Assembly (NCBI GenBank): GCA_020632235.1
Contig: JACKFY010000001.1
Span: 93,602 to 157,601 of the forward strand
Direction: 5' to 3'
DNA: 64,000 nt
DNA from: Pseudomonadales bacterium
Lineage (GTDB): Bacteria; Patescibacteriota; Microgenomatia; UBA1400; PJMF01
A model generated the notes under the pieces. It had not been told where the DNA came from. It searched no databases and saw only the letters and a list, made by a program, of their open reading frames with translations. This document shows positions 9,103 to 18,344 of the stretch, piece by piece (the first letter of the stretch is position 1; the number at the start of each line of letters is the position of its first letter). Made by a program: the position numbers and the translations under genes.

Positions 9103-9660
9103 ATGAATCAGGGGTCACAGCAGTACTTCATATTCATGGTATCTCTGGCAATGGATATCAAAATCGTTTTCTTGATGCTCTCATTCAACCGGTACGCTAG
9201 TCGTAGCAATAATAATGTTGAAGTCATTACTGCTATTGGCAATACAGATAATGAAACATATAAACTCAATACTAATGTGAGAGGTGAAAAAGAGTTAACA
9301 ATTTATGCAGATGGTAAAAAAACACACATATATACATACACTTACGATCAGAAGGGTGAAATAAGCAATCTTTCCCTCACCATTGGCGAGGGGGCACACG
9401 TGGAAAATGTCCGTGATAATGACGCTCTCACTTCCCTCACCGTCGCCAAGGGAGCACGCGTGAGGAATATCTCCCACAACAAACACCTCACTTCCCTCAC
9501 CATTGGCGAGGGGGCACACGTGGAAAATGTCCGTGATAATGACGCTCTCACTTCCCTCACCATTGGCGAGGGGGCGAGTGTAAAGAGAATATATGACAAT
9601 AAGGTTCGCATCCCAATATTCGAGAGAATAAAATATTTGATGAGATATATTTTGAGTTAG
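9103..9660 (+). CDS. Small leucine-rich-repeat-like protein with about 20-aa tandem repeats (LTSLTIGEGAHVENVRDNDA)
   Basis: Four near-identical 60-bp DNA repeats at about 9360-9590 encode LTSLT-I/V-GEGA-x-V motifs. The start codon is uncertain. Confidence 0.4.
   Translation: MNQGSQQYFIFMVSLAMDIKIVFLMLSFNRYASRSNNNVEVITAIGNTDNETYKLNTNVRGEKELTIYADGKKTHIYTYTYDQKGEISNLSLTIGEGAHVENVRDNDALTSLTVAKGARVRNISHNKHLTSLTIGEGAHVENVRDNDALTSLTIGEGASVKRIYDNKVRIPIFERIKYLMRYILS
9360..9590 (+). repeat. Four 60-bp in-frame tandem repeats inside CDS 9103..9660
   Basis: CACTTCCCTCACCATTGGCGAGGGGGCACACGTGGAAAATGTCCGTGATAATGACGCTCT repeated with minor variation. Confidence 0.7.
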
Positions 9661-9688
9661 AATTAATGAGTGTAATAAAGGATACATA

Positions 9689-10009
9689 ATGCCAAAACAA
9701 TATCTATCGGTTTCTGACTTACGATCGCGTGGCGTTGCTGTGAGTGCTGCATACGAAAAGAAGTTTTGTGAAGGAGTCAATGCTGTTATTGCCAAAGCCG
9801 TAGAAGAAGAATTAAAAACCGAAATAGCAGTTAATCATGGAGAAGACATGCTTGCTCTGTATGCAGAGATGCTAAATACTTATGGTTTCTCTTCCAATCA
9901 CACTCAGCGATGGCTTGAAAGTACTATTCCAGCACTAGGCCAAATTGAAATTGAGTGGAGCGAAATAGCGTTGCATCATAGTTTGACAAAAACACCTCAG
10001 GTATCGTAG
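9689..10009 (+). CDS. hypothetical protein
   Basis: 106-aa ORF with no recognisable motif. Confidence 0.3.
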   Translation: MPKQYLSVSDLRSRGVAVSAAYEKKFCEGVNAVIAKAVEEELKTEIAVNHGEDMLALYAEMLNTYGFSSNHTQRWLESTIPALGQIEIEWSEIALHHSLTKTPQVS

Positions 10010-10252
10010 ATAGAGTACGATGCTGGAGGGTGATGGCCTAGAAATGACACAAGACTCAGAAAATTTTCTGCTATACTACTCCCAGTCACTTTGAAAGCAC
10101 TCGCGATGCTTTTTCTCGCTATAGAGAGTGGCGGTTGCCAAATACAACCCGAGTCACGAGCGAAACTCGTTGAAAGCTTAAAACAGCTTCATAAGTCTAG
10201 CGTTAGTAATGCGCTAGAAAAAAGGGTGGTACCGTTCCTCATACAAACATGA

Positions 10253-12151
10253 GTGAGCCCCTTTGCAGTACAGAGTGTATGTAAAGGATGTATGACCAGC
10301 CACTTACAACAACTTTTTTCCCAAGCTCTCGAAAATCTCGGGATTACTGATCATTCCGCTATTCAGTTGGAACACCCCGCAGACACAACTCACGGTGATT
10401 ACAGCACCAATGTAGCAATGCAGTTGTTTTCTCAGATCAAAAATAAGGTGGAGTACACCAACCCCAGGGAGCTAGCCCAAGGTATTGTGGAGCATGCCAG
10501 CAAGCTTCTTGCTGGTGATGATAGTTTTACTGGTCTCTCAGGCTGTATCAAAGAAATATCGGTAGCTGGACCAGGCTTTATCAATATTTCGTTTCGTGAT
10601 GCTTTTTTTGTGAGTCAGCTCTCTACTATTTTAGAAAAAGGCACTACGTTTGGAACAAACCAGAGTTTGAAGGGGAAAACAGTGGTGGTAGAGTACACCG
10701 ACCCCAACCCGTTTAAAGAATTTCACATAGGCCATCTGTACTCAAACATCGTGGGCGAGAGCATCGCTCGACTGTTTGAAAATTCTGGTGCGACAGTAGT
10801 GCGGGCAGATTTTTTTGGCGATGTAGGCATGCATGCTGCGAAGTCTTTGTGGGGATTACTTCAAAACTTCGCTGATGATGAAATAGATCTAGAAAATTTA
10901 GCGGCAATGCCACTCAAAGAGCGCATCGCGTATCTTGGAAAATCATACGCGCGCGGGGCAACCGCCTATAAAGAAGACGAGGCAGCAGCAGAGTCTATTA
11001 AGCAGCTCAACTTCTTGCTTTTTAAAGCGGCTCAAGAAATTGTCTTGCCGCAGTTTGACGAGCCGCCACAAGTTGATTTTGATCAGTTTATTACCAGCAG
11101 TGAGTGTGACTTTGAGAGCATCAAGCAGATCTACGCCATGACTCGAAAGTGGAGTCTTGATTACTTTGAAGAGATATATGCGCGCCTGGGCACCCGTTTT
11201 GACAACTACTACCCAGAAAGCAGAACGGGTGAAGAGGGCTACCAGATGGTGCTTGCTGGTTTGAAAAAAGGCATTTTTGAAACAGGTGAAAACGGGGCGA
11301 TCATTTTCCCTGGGGAAAAGTATGGGTTACACAACAGAGTGTTTATCAATGCGCTGGGGTTGCCCACCTACGAGACAAAAGACTTTGGACTAGCACTCCT
11401 CAAAGAGCGTGATATTGCTCCTGATTTCTCTATCATCGTGACGGGCAATGAGATCAATGAGTACTTTGCGGTTATTCTCAAATCTCTTGGCCAGGTTGCG
11501 CCTGCACTTGCCCAGTACACGACGCACATCGCGCACGGCATGGTGCGTCTGCCAGAGGGAAAAATGTCGTCCAGGACAGGTAAGATCTTTCGGGGCGAGT
11601 GGTTGCTAGACGAGGCAGTGGAGAGTGCGCATGACCTGCTTACCAGCCCAAGCGCTGACGTTCAACATACTTCAGATTTAGCCGAGCAGATAGGACAGGC
11701 TGCCATTAAGTTCGCCTTTCTCAAGCAAAATGTAGGAGGTGACATAGCTTTTGACTTTGCCGAGTCGGTCAGTTTTGAGGGCAACTCTGGGCCGTACGTG
11801 CAGTATGCTCATGCGCGTACCCAGTCCATCATACGCAAGTCTGGTGGTAGCATCCCGCAGATTTCTGGTGCTGCGTCACTCCTTCCAGCAGAGCGCTCGT
11901 TGGCCCAGCTCCTCTACCAGCTGCCCGAAGTGCTTCTGCAGGCAGCAGAGACGTACCAGCCTCACCTGGTAGCACAGTACCTGTTTGCTGTTGCCCAAGC
12001 GTTCAACAGTTTTTATGCGGCTCACTCAGTGTTGGGTGAGAATGTTACATCAGAGCAAAAACAACTTCGTCTCGCACTCACTATGGCTACGGGTGTTGTT
12101 TTGAAGAATGGCTTACTCGTACTTGGTATAGCAGCACCTGATAGAATGTAG
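10253..12151 (+). CDS. argS: Arginine--tRNA ligase
   Basis: HIGH motif (FHIGHLYSNIVGE). Conserved class-I core and anticodon-binding DALR C-terminus ending ...APDRM, followed by TAG stop. The start may be the downstream ATG (MTSHLQQ). Confidence 0.95.
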   Translation: MSPFAVQSVCKGCMTSHLQQLFSQALENLGITDHSAIQLEHPADTTHGDYSTNVAMQLFSQIKNKVEYTNPRELAQGIVEHASKLLAGDDSFTGLSGCIKEISVAGPGFINISFRDAFFVSQLSTILEKGTTFGTNQSLKGKTVVVEYTDPNPFKEFHIGHLYSNIVGESIARLFENSGATVVRADFFGDVGMHAAKSLWGLLQNFADDEIDLENLAAMPLKERIAYLGKSYARGATAYKEDEAAAESIKQLNFLLFKAAQEIVLPQFDEPPQVDFDQFITSSECDFESIKQIYAMTRKWSLDYFEEIYARLGTRFDNYYPESRTGEEGYQMVLAGLKKGIFETGENGAIIFPGEKYGLHNRVFINALGLPTYETKDFGLALLKERDIAPDFSIIVTGNEINEYFAVILKSLGQVAPALAQYTTHIAHGMVRLPEGKMSSRTGKIFRGEWLLDEAVESAHDLLTSPSADVQHTSDLAEQIGQAAIKFAFLKQNVGGDIAFDFAESVSFEGNSGPYVQYAHARTQSIIRKSGGSIPQISGAASLLPAERSLAQLLYQLPEVLLQAAETYQPHLVAQYLFAVAQAFNSFYAAHSVLGENVTSEQKQLRLALTMATGVVLKNGLLVLGIAAPDRM

Positions 12152-12154
12152 AGT

Positions 12155-12481
12155 ATGACAAGGAAGAAAAAAATTAGCATTGTGTTGCTTTTACTGATTA
12201 CTCAATTTTTTTTGCAGTATCTCTGTAGTGTATTTTCTTCTGGTTGGGATGGAGTGGGTTGTATGGCAGCATCTCTCATACCAGGTATTTTTCTCGCGAT
12301 GGTGACGAATCAGCTTTTTGATATATTTGACTTTGATTTTTTTAGTTACATGGATGTTTTTGAACAGCTGCCGTCTGGTTTGGGTTTAGCTGTCCTACTC
12401 TTTAACTTTATTGCACTGTACTTTTTAGTTTCAGTATTAGACGCGCTTTTTCAGTTTTTCAAAAGAAAGAAGATGAAGTAA
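12155..12481 (+). CDS. small membrane protein, hypothetical
   Basis: 108 aa with 2-3 predicted TM helices. Abuts argS. Confidence 0.35.
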   Translation: MTRKKKISIVLLLLITQFFLQYLCSVFSSGWDGVGCMAASLIPGIFLAMVTNQLFDIFDFDFFSYMDVFEQLPSGLGLAVLLFNFIALYFLVSVLDALFQFFKRKKMK

Positions 12482-12711
12482 TGACTACACTTTCAGATAA
12501 GAAAAGACAAGCAAAAATACGCGACATTGTGTCGTACTTTTTGGACGAGCGCGATGAAAAGATAGGCATGATTGCAGCAGAAGGAGTGCTTGACTTCATG
12601 CTCGATTTACTTGGTTCTGATCTTTATAATACAGGTGTTGAAGATGCGCTCAGAGTTGTCAAGCAACAGCATGAAAGCCTGATTGTTGATCTGGAATTAT
12701 TGAAAGTATGA
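12481..12711 (+). CDS. small conserved protein, DUF2164-like
   Basis: 76 aa. The YFLDERDEKIGMIAAEGVLDFMLDLLGSDLYNTGVEDA pattern resembles the DUF2164 family. Confidence 0.4.
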   Translation: MTTLSDKKRQAKIRDIVSYFLDERDEKIGMIAAEGVLDFMLDLLGSDLYNTGVEDALRVVKQQHESLIVDLELLKV

Positions 12712-12890
12712 GATTACTTCAACTGTTAGTTTCCCAACTATTTTTCATGAGCTGGCTTTTTGACCTATTTTCTAGTGCCAGAGAGTGGAAGACAGATAAA
12801 AAATCTTTGTTGTTGCTGTTTATTGGCCTGCCGATCGGTGCGGTGGTGTTATGCATTGTGACCTTGGTGGTTTTTGAGTTAGTGTGGTGA
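12708..12890 (+). CDS. small membrane protein, hypothetical
   Basis: 60 aa with two hydrophobic helices. Overlaps the previous gene by 4 nt. Confidence 0.3.
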   Translation: MRLLQLLVSQLFFMSWLFDLFSSAREWKTDKKSLLLLFIGLPIGAVVLCIVTLVVFELVW

Positions 12891-12947
12891 CAATATTTTT
12901 TGGATACGATATACTTTGGCATTACAGAAACGTAAAAAAGGGAAAAA

Positions 12948-13406
12948 ATGGCAAAACGACAGGCAGATGCATCTGAAAAAAAAGGTGGGGTTGGTTTGAA
13001 AGCAGGCAAACTGCGTCGTGATAGTAGGTTTCGCCTGGTTGTGATTATCGCGCTGATGGTGATCGTAGCAGCACTGTTTTTCTTTTGGGGAAAGTTTAAG
13101 ATTGCCCTGGCTGGTATTTTTATCCTCCTCATGGTGGCACTGGGTATGGAGAGGAGTGGGACTGACATTGACCTGGGCAAGCTGGTTGAAACAGGGTCTT
13201 TGGAAGAATCGCGTATCACCAAGTCTGATGGATTTTGGGCAATTGGTGATGACTGCGACGGTACGGTTGATTACGACTGTGCTAACTTTGAGTACCAAGG
13301 TGATGCCCAGGCTTTTTACGAGCAGTGTGGTGGTGTCAATAACGATCTGAATGCTCTTGATGGCGACAAAGATGGCGAGGCGTGTGAGAGCTTGCCGGCA
13401 AACTAG
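12948..13406 (+). CDS. Membrane protein with C-terminal Excalibur (extracellular calcium-binding) domain
   Basis: Contains DGTVDYDCANFEYQGDAQAFYEQCGG...LDGDKDGEACESL, the Excalibur DxDxDGxxCE motif. N-terminal TM helices. Confidence 0.6.
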   Translation: MAKRQADASEKKGGVGLKAGKLRRDSRFRLVVIIALMVIVAALFFFWGKFKIALAGIFILLMVALGMERSGTDIDLGKLVETGSLEESRITKSDGFWAIGDDCDGTVDYDCANFEYQGDAQAFYEQCGGVNNDLNALDGDKDGEACESLPAN

Positions 13407-13724
13407 TAGCTCGCCGCTGTCACGTCGACCCGCCGGCTGGCGGAGAGATATCTGCAACTTGCGTGGTGCTACATTCCTGATCGTCCGCAGTGAGGGCACG
13501 TGCCATAGAGCCATTCATCATAGTTACATCGCCACATTTTTCCGCACTCACCACGGTTTCTTGGCATAATTTTTTCCTTCCTAACCAATGGGGAAGGCTG
13601 CTTGCCACAGTTTGGAATAGGTTCTTTTGGTCCGCTTGATTTTGGTATCAAAATACAGTTTTCTTAATTGTTACAACTACCTATATCTTGAGACCCACAA
13701 CTCCAGCACCAGCGACGTACTTCT

Positions 13725-14084
13725 TTAGTCATGAGGGTCGTTACCTACTTGCTTGCACAGAGCAATAATGATGGCAGCTATAGTCCAAGAGGGATAGACG
13801 TCTACGATATCTCCTGGCCCAATAAAAAACCCAGCAAGCTCGGGAAGGAGATTAGCTATAAGTAGGATTTTACCAAGTGGGGAGATGTCTTTTCTAGAGG
13901 TAATGAGCGGTATGAGTTGTGGGAGCGTGGTAGCAATATCAGCTCCAGGAACTAAGCCGATCCCAGCATCAGCAGCATCAAGAGATAAGGTTCCTAAGCC
14001 AACAAAAACAGTTCTAACAGGCCTTTTCCACCAAGATAGATGCTGCTCATTTTCATGTGTGCGACGATCAGGTAAGTTATACAT
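13725..14084 (-). CDS. hypothetical membrane protein
   Basis: 119 aa, hydrophobic, no clear family. Confidence 0.3.
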   Translation of the reverse strand: MYNLPDRRTHENEQHLSWWKRPVRTVFVGLGTLSLDAADAGIGLVPGADIATTLPQLIPLITSRKDISPLGKILLIANLLPELAGFFIGPGDIVDVYPSWTIAAIIIALCKQVGNDPHD

Positions 14085-14175
14085 TCATAAGAATTATATC
14101 AAAATATGCCAAAAATATACAAAAACAATCAATCTACAGAAATAAACACACAATAAGAATGACCTGTGTCTTTAT

Positions 14176-14421
14176 TTATCGACGAAGCATTCTGCCAGCA
14201 GCGATCAAGACACAGGCACCAATAACAGAGACGACCAAAGCACTGATGATACCATCATCCTGAGACAAACCGAGCATTCCAAGCAGGAAGTTACCCACAA
14301 ATCCACCAACAATACCAAGCACGATATCAAAGAGAGTGCCTTGGTTGGCATCGTTTTTCATGATAAGGGAGGCTAGCCATCCAGCAACTCCGCCTACAAT
14401 AAGGGTGATAATAAGGTTCAT
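14176..14421 (-). CDS. GlsB/YeaQ/YmgE family (transglycosylase-associated) stress-response membrane protein
   Basis: 81 aa. MNLIITLIVGGVAGWLASLIM...GIVGGFVGNFLLGMLG is the family signature. Confidence 0.75.
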   Translation of the reverse strand: MNLIITLIVGGVAGWLASLIMKNDANQGTLFDIVLGIVGGFVGNFLLGMLGLSQDDGIISALVVSVIGACVLIAAGRMLRR

Positions 14422-14430
14422 AACTTCTTT

Positions 14431-14964
14431 CTATTGCAACCTATTACTACTCAGACACGTTGGTGTGCAGTAGCGCATTATACTGCATGTTGTGTCTTGT
14501 TGTCTAGTGCTCTGTTGCTCTTGCGCATTCGTAATCGAGGTAATCAGGTCAGCTTGGTCAACTGGATCGAGCACCTGGGCGATCTCTGTAATAGGCACCC
14601 AGCGCCACCCGACAATATTCTCAGCGGCTGGGTTTTGGGTAAGATCAATGCTATTTTCTTGTTCTTGGCTAATGCTGCAAAGATAGCCAGCACACACAAT
14701 GTGAGTCTGTCTGTCGGAGTGAACGCGCATGTAGTCCCAACAGCCAATTGGCCTGATAATATTCGGTGTAATGCCGATTTCTTCTTGCACTTCTCTCACA
14801 AGCGCCTCTGTGAGCAGCTCGCCTTCTTCAATACCGCCCCCTGGCACATCAAACACTATGCGCTTGCCCAGTTCATCATCGACGTGTTCTTCAATAATAA
14901 AAACACTCTCGTTTTTGACGATAATTGCTTTGGCTCCTGGGCGGATTCTGGTTGGCAATGACAT
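14431..14964 (-). CDS. NUDIX hydrolase
   Basis: Nudix box GGGIEEGELLTEALVREVQEEIGI. Confidence 0.8.
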   Translation of the reverse strand: MSLPTRIRPGAKAIIVKNESVFIIEEHVDDELGKRIVFDVPGGGIEEGELLTEALVREVQEEIGITPNIIRPIGCWDYMRVHSDRQTHIVCAGYLCSISQEQENSIDLTQNPAAENIVGWRWVPITEIAQVLDPVDQADLITSITNAQEQQSTRQQDTTCSIMRYCTPTCLSSNRLQ

Positions 14965-14987
14965 AGGCAGACAGTATACTACGCCCT

Positions 14988-15854
14988 ATGCAGATCAAAA
15001 AGGCAGTGATTACCTCGGCGGGCTTTGGGACGCGGTTTTTGCCGGTGACCAAAACAGTGCAAAAAGAGATGCTACCTATTCTCAACAGGCCTCTGGTGGA
15101 TTACGTAGTGGAAGACTGTATCAAGGCAGGCATAGAGGAAATTATCTTTGTTGTCTCGGAGCATAACAAGCAAATTAGGCATTTTTACTCGAAGAATACA
15201 AGATTGCAGGAGTATTTAGAGCGCATGGGAAAGCCCGAGATGTACGCGGCAGTCGAGCACCTCCACTCCCAGGTACAATGTACCTTTGTCGTACAGCCAG
15301 ATGCAGAGCAGTACGGGACGGCCATTCCTGTAAAACTCGCCCGAGAGCACCTGGAAAACGAAGACGCATTTTTGGTGTTCATGGGTGATGATTTTATCTA
15401 TAACGCAGACGGGAGCTCTGAGGCAGAGCGGATGATAGAGCGATTTACCACAACTCAGTCTGTGGCGTTGGCAACCTGTATTGAAAAACCAGCAGAACTA
15501 CTGCACAAGTATGGTGTTGTTAGATTGAATGAAAAAAACGGGGAGAGATACCTGCTTGAAATGGTAGAGAAACCAGCCCTAGGAACAGCGCCGTCAAACC
15601 TGGTAAATATCAGCAAGTATGTATTTACTCCGGCAGTTTTTGACATCCTTGAGTCTCAAGAACTCAACCAAGCATCGGGCGAGCTCTACATCACCGACAC
15701 CGTCACAACACTTGTCGGCCAGGGTGATGTGGTGATCCATACTCCCAGCGGTGAGTACTTGGATGGTGGTTATGTGGCTGGATGGATCAAGGCAAACTTG
15801 ACGGTAGCCAAGAATGATCCCGAGTTGATGCGCGAGCTCGCGCCCTTTGTGTGA
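14988..15854 (+). CDS. galU: UTP--glucose-1-phosphate uridylyltransferase
   Basis: N-terminal AVITSAGFGTRFLPVTKTVQKEMLPI, the canonical GalU motif. Confidence 0.85.
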   Translation: MQIKKAVITSAGFGTRFLPVTKTVQKEMLPILNRPLVDYVVEDCIKAGIEEIIFVVSEHNKQIRHFYSKNTRLQEYLERMGKPEMYAAVEHLHSQVQCTFVVQPDAEQYGTAIPVKLAREHLENEDAFLVFMGDDFIYNADGSSEAERMIERFTTTQSVALATCIEKPAELLHKYGVVRLNEKNGERYLLEMVEKPALGTAPSNLVNISKYVFTPAVFDILESQELNQASGELYITDTVTTLVGQGDVVIHTPSGEYLDGGYVAGWIKANLTVAKNDPELMRELAPFV

Positions 15855-15856
15855 AG

Positions 15857-16963
15857 TTAATCACCAAACAGCACCACGTACATGTTATCAGCATGACGCA
15901 CGCAGACATTCGTAAAGTCAGTGCTCAGCTGTGCTTCTTTGTGACCAGCAGTCGATGAGTCAAAGCACCACTCGATCAGCGCTGTACCTGTCTCTGCCAC
16001 GAATGACTCATTGGTGGTCATGTTTTTACAGTATTGATGGGCTAAGTTTTCTCCAAACCGAGAGCCAGGGTACCCAGCAAGTGATTCTGGAAGGGTGTTG
16101 TTTGCAAAGTCCGCTTTAAATCCAGCATGGCTATCAAGACCGCCCGCAGCTATAAGGTCTTGTGCTCTTTTTTCTGCATAGGTGCAGAGATTTTGGTTTG
16201 TAGTCAGTGGGGGAACATCGTGGGCTTGCCTATATGCATTGAGCGCTGTAATGACTTCGTCATCGGGAATATCGGCAGCAGTTTGCACACCCAATACAGC
16301 ACTACTTGATGTAGCTGGTACTACCTCATTTTCTTTTGGTAGTTGTTTGGTTGTTTGTGGCTGAGCCAAGACATAAACGACCACGCCCATTTGAGCGCCA
16401 TCTAATGTTTCGATCCCAGCAGCAACGCCAATTTCTTGAAAGTCTGGGTTAGTCAAGGTATTTGCCTGATCGTCTTCACTAAATTGTGCCTCAACAATAC
16501 CCTGATTGGTGGTTGGTCCTACCATAATAGTATTACCCACCCAGACATACGTATATCCAACATCTTTCAAAGCTGATTCAAGCTGGTTTTTTTGTACACT
16601 ATCGGTGGTAAAGGCGTGTTGTTTGTACTCTTGGTAGAGTGTTTGGGCGACAGTAGTTAGTTTTTGATTCTCTTTGAGTGCTGCCCCATTGCTGTATTCA
16701 CGTTGGGTATTAATTGTTGCGAGTAACTGTTGCGCGTCAAGATGCGGGGTTTCTTGCGTGATGACAAGCTGCGTACTCTGTTGTATTTGGCTTTCTACAC
16801 CAGCTTTATAAAAGAGATGTTGGGCAAATCCGGGTAGTGCGACTCCCAACTGGGCAAAGAAGAGTGTGCCTAGCGTGAGGTTTAGTCCGGTACAAAAACC
16901 CAAGACAGTAATTTTTCTAATCAACATACCCTCAAGGTACGCTACGCGACTTTCATCTGTCAA
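15857..16963 (-). CDS. Membrane-anchored CAP/SCP/PR1-like domain protein
   Basis: N-terminal TM. The C-terminal CAP domain has the conserved HYTQ-like and C...C pattern (GENLAHQY...ALIEWCF). Confidence 0.55.
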   Translation of the reverse strand: MTDESRVAYLEGMLIRKITVLGFCTGLNLTLGTLFFAQLGVALPGFAQHLFYKAGVESQIQQSTQLVITQETPHLDAQQLLATINTQREYSNGAALKENQKLTTVAQTLYQEYKQHAFTTDSVQKNQLESALKDVGYTYVWVGNTIMVGPTTNQGIVEAQFSEDDQANTLTNPDFQEIGVAAGIETLDGAQMGVVVYVLAQPQTTKQLPKENEVVPATSSSAVLGVQTAADIPDDEVITALNAYRQAHDVPPLTTNQNLCTYAEKRAQDLIAAGGLDSHAGFKADFANNTLPESLAGYPGSRFGENLAHQYCKNMTTNESFVAETGTALIEWCFDSSTAGHKEAQLSTDFTNVCVRHADNMYVVLFGD

Positions 16964-17055
16964 CTAGAGTGTGTGAATGCCTTCAGCAAACGTTCAGCTT
17001 TGGTTGGTAGAGTAGGCGCATAGTACAAAGCAAACTACACAAAAGAAAGGTAGCT

Positions 17056-17571
17056 ATGCAACGAAAAACAGCACGACTCTTGCTCACCGCAGCAGCAGTC
17101 ACCATCTCTGGAGCAGCAGTGCTCAGAGTTTCTCCGGCAGTTCTTGCCCACGGTGGCGGAATGACCAGTGATGACTTGGTACAAAAAATTGCCCAGCGCT
17201 TTAGTTTGAACGAGGCAGACGTTCAAGCAGTGTTTGATGAAGAGCGTGCAGCACGCGACCAAGAAATGCAGACTCGCCTTGAAGAGGAGCTGCAATCACA
17301 GGTTGACAACGGCGAGCTCACCACTGCGCAAAAAGATGCAATCACTGCAAAGCGTCAAGAGCTTGAAGCAGCTCGCTCATCCAAGATGGAAGAGTTTTCT
17401 TCTCTCAGTCAGGAAGAGCGCAAAGCCGCGATGGAGCAAGAACGCAGTGAGCTTGAGGCTTGGGCCGAGAGCAACGGTATTGATATGAAGTACCTGATGA
17501 TGGGGAGAGGTGGCAAAGGTATGCATCATGGTGGTGGTCCTGATGCAGCAGAGTCACCTGCAGATGAGTAG
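17056..17571 (+). CDS. Secreted coiled-coil protein with an LTXXQ motif (CpxP/Spy-like?), upstream of the two-component system
   Basis: Signal peptide, an LTTAQKDAI motif, charged helical repeats and a His/Gly-rich tail. Confidence 0.35.
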   Translation: MQRKTARLLLTAAAVTISGAAVLRVSPAVLAHGGGMTSDDLVQKIAQRFSLNEADVQAVFDEERAARDQEMQTRLEEELQSQVDNGELTTAQKDAITAKRQELEAARSSKMEEFSSLSQEERKAAMEQERSELEAWAESNGIDMKYLMMGRGGKGMHHGGGPDAAESPADE

Positions 17572-17657
17572 CTAATACCCCATAGCTAGAGTACCCCCTC
17601 CGTTTTGTGTGCGAGTTAGCTCGAACAGAAGGGAGGGGGGTATACTACTACTTATAT

Positions 17658-18335
17658 ATGCGAATTTTAGTTATTGAAGATGAAGTAAAACTAGCTACAG
17701 CAGTTAAGAAAGCACTTACTCTTCAATCGTATGCAGTTGACACAGTGCACGATGGTGAGGAAGGATTTGATTTGGCAGTGATGGAGGAGTATGACTGTAT
17801 TATTTCTGACATAATGTTGCCGTCAATGGATGGAGTAGAGTTGTGCAAAAAATTGAGAGAAGAAGGGATAAAAACACCAATCTTACTCCTTACTGCCAAG
17901 GGAGAGCTAGAAGACAAAACAGTAGGGCTTGATATAGGGGCAGACGACTACGTGACAAAACCATTTTCATTTGAAGAGTTATTTGCCCGGGTGAGGGCGC
18001 TTATTCGTCGTCGATATGATACGACTCAGCTCGTCCTTTCGGTTGACAACCTTACCCTTAACACCGCAACCAAGCAAGTTTTAAGCAATGGCGAGAGCAT
18101 TTCTCTTTCAGTCAAAGAATTTGCCATTTTGGAGTATCTTTTACAAAACAAAGGTGTGCCGGTTTCTAAAGAAACGATCATTCAACATGTCTGGGAGTAC
18201 GATACTGATACACTGCCTTCTACCGTAGAGGTGCACATTAAAAATATCCGTGCAAAAATAGACACTCCATCACAAACATCTTTGATTATAACAATCAGAG
18301 GGGTGGGGTACATGATAGAAGAAGCAAAAGGGTAG
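17658..18335 (+). CDS. OmpR-family two-component response regulator
   Basis: MRILVIEDE...D...LLLTAKG receiver, plus a winged-helix C-terminus (ITIRGVGY). The start is moved to the ATG at 17658. Confidence 0.9.
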   Translation: MRILVIEDEVKLATAVKKALTLQSYAVDTVHDGEEGFDLAVMEEYDCIISDIMLPSMDGVELCKKLREEGIKTPILLLTAKGELEDKTVGLDIGADDYVTKPFSFEELFARVRALIRRRYDTTQLVLSVDNLTLNTATKQVLSNGESISLSVKEFAILEYLLQNKGVPVSKETIIQHVWEYDTDTLPSTVEVHIKNIRAKIDTPSQTSLIITIRGVGYMIEEAKG

Positions 18336-18344
18336 TACAGAGCT

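Noticed and set aside
9360-9590. Tandem 60-bp repeats as a possible CRISPR array
   Set aside because: The repeats are contiguous and in frame, have no spacers, and encode LRR-like peptide repeats. No cas genes are present.
10713-11972. Antisense and alternative-frame ORFs within argS (10713..10913 -, 10935..11141 +, 11751..11972 +), and similar ones inside copA, gdh, rpoD and the helicase
   Set aside because: They are embedded in strongly supported genes on the opposite strand or in another frame. Typical spurious ORFs.
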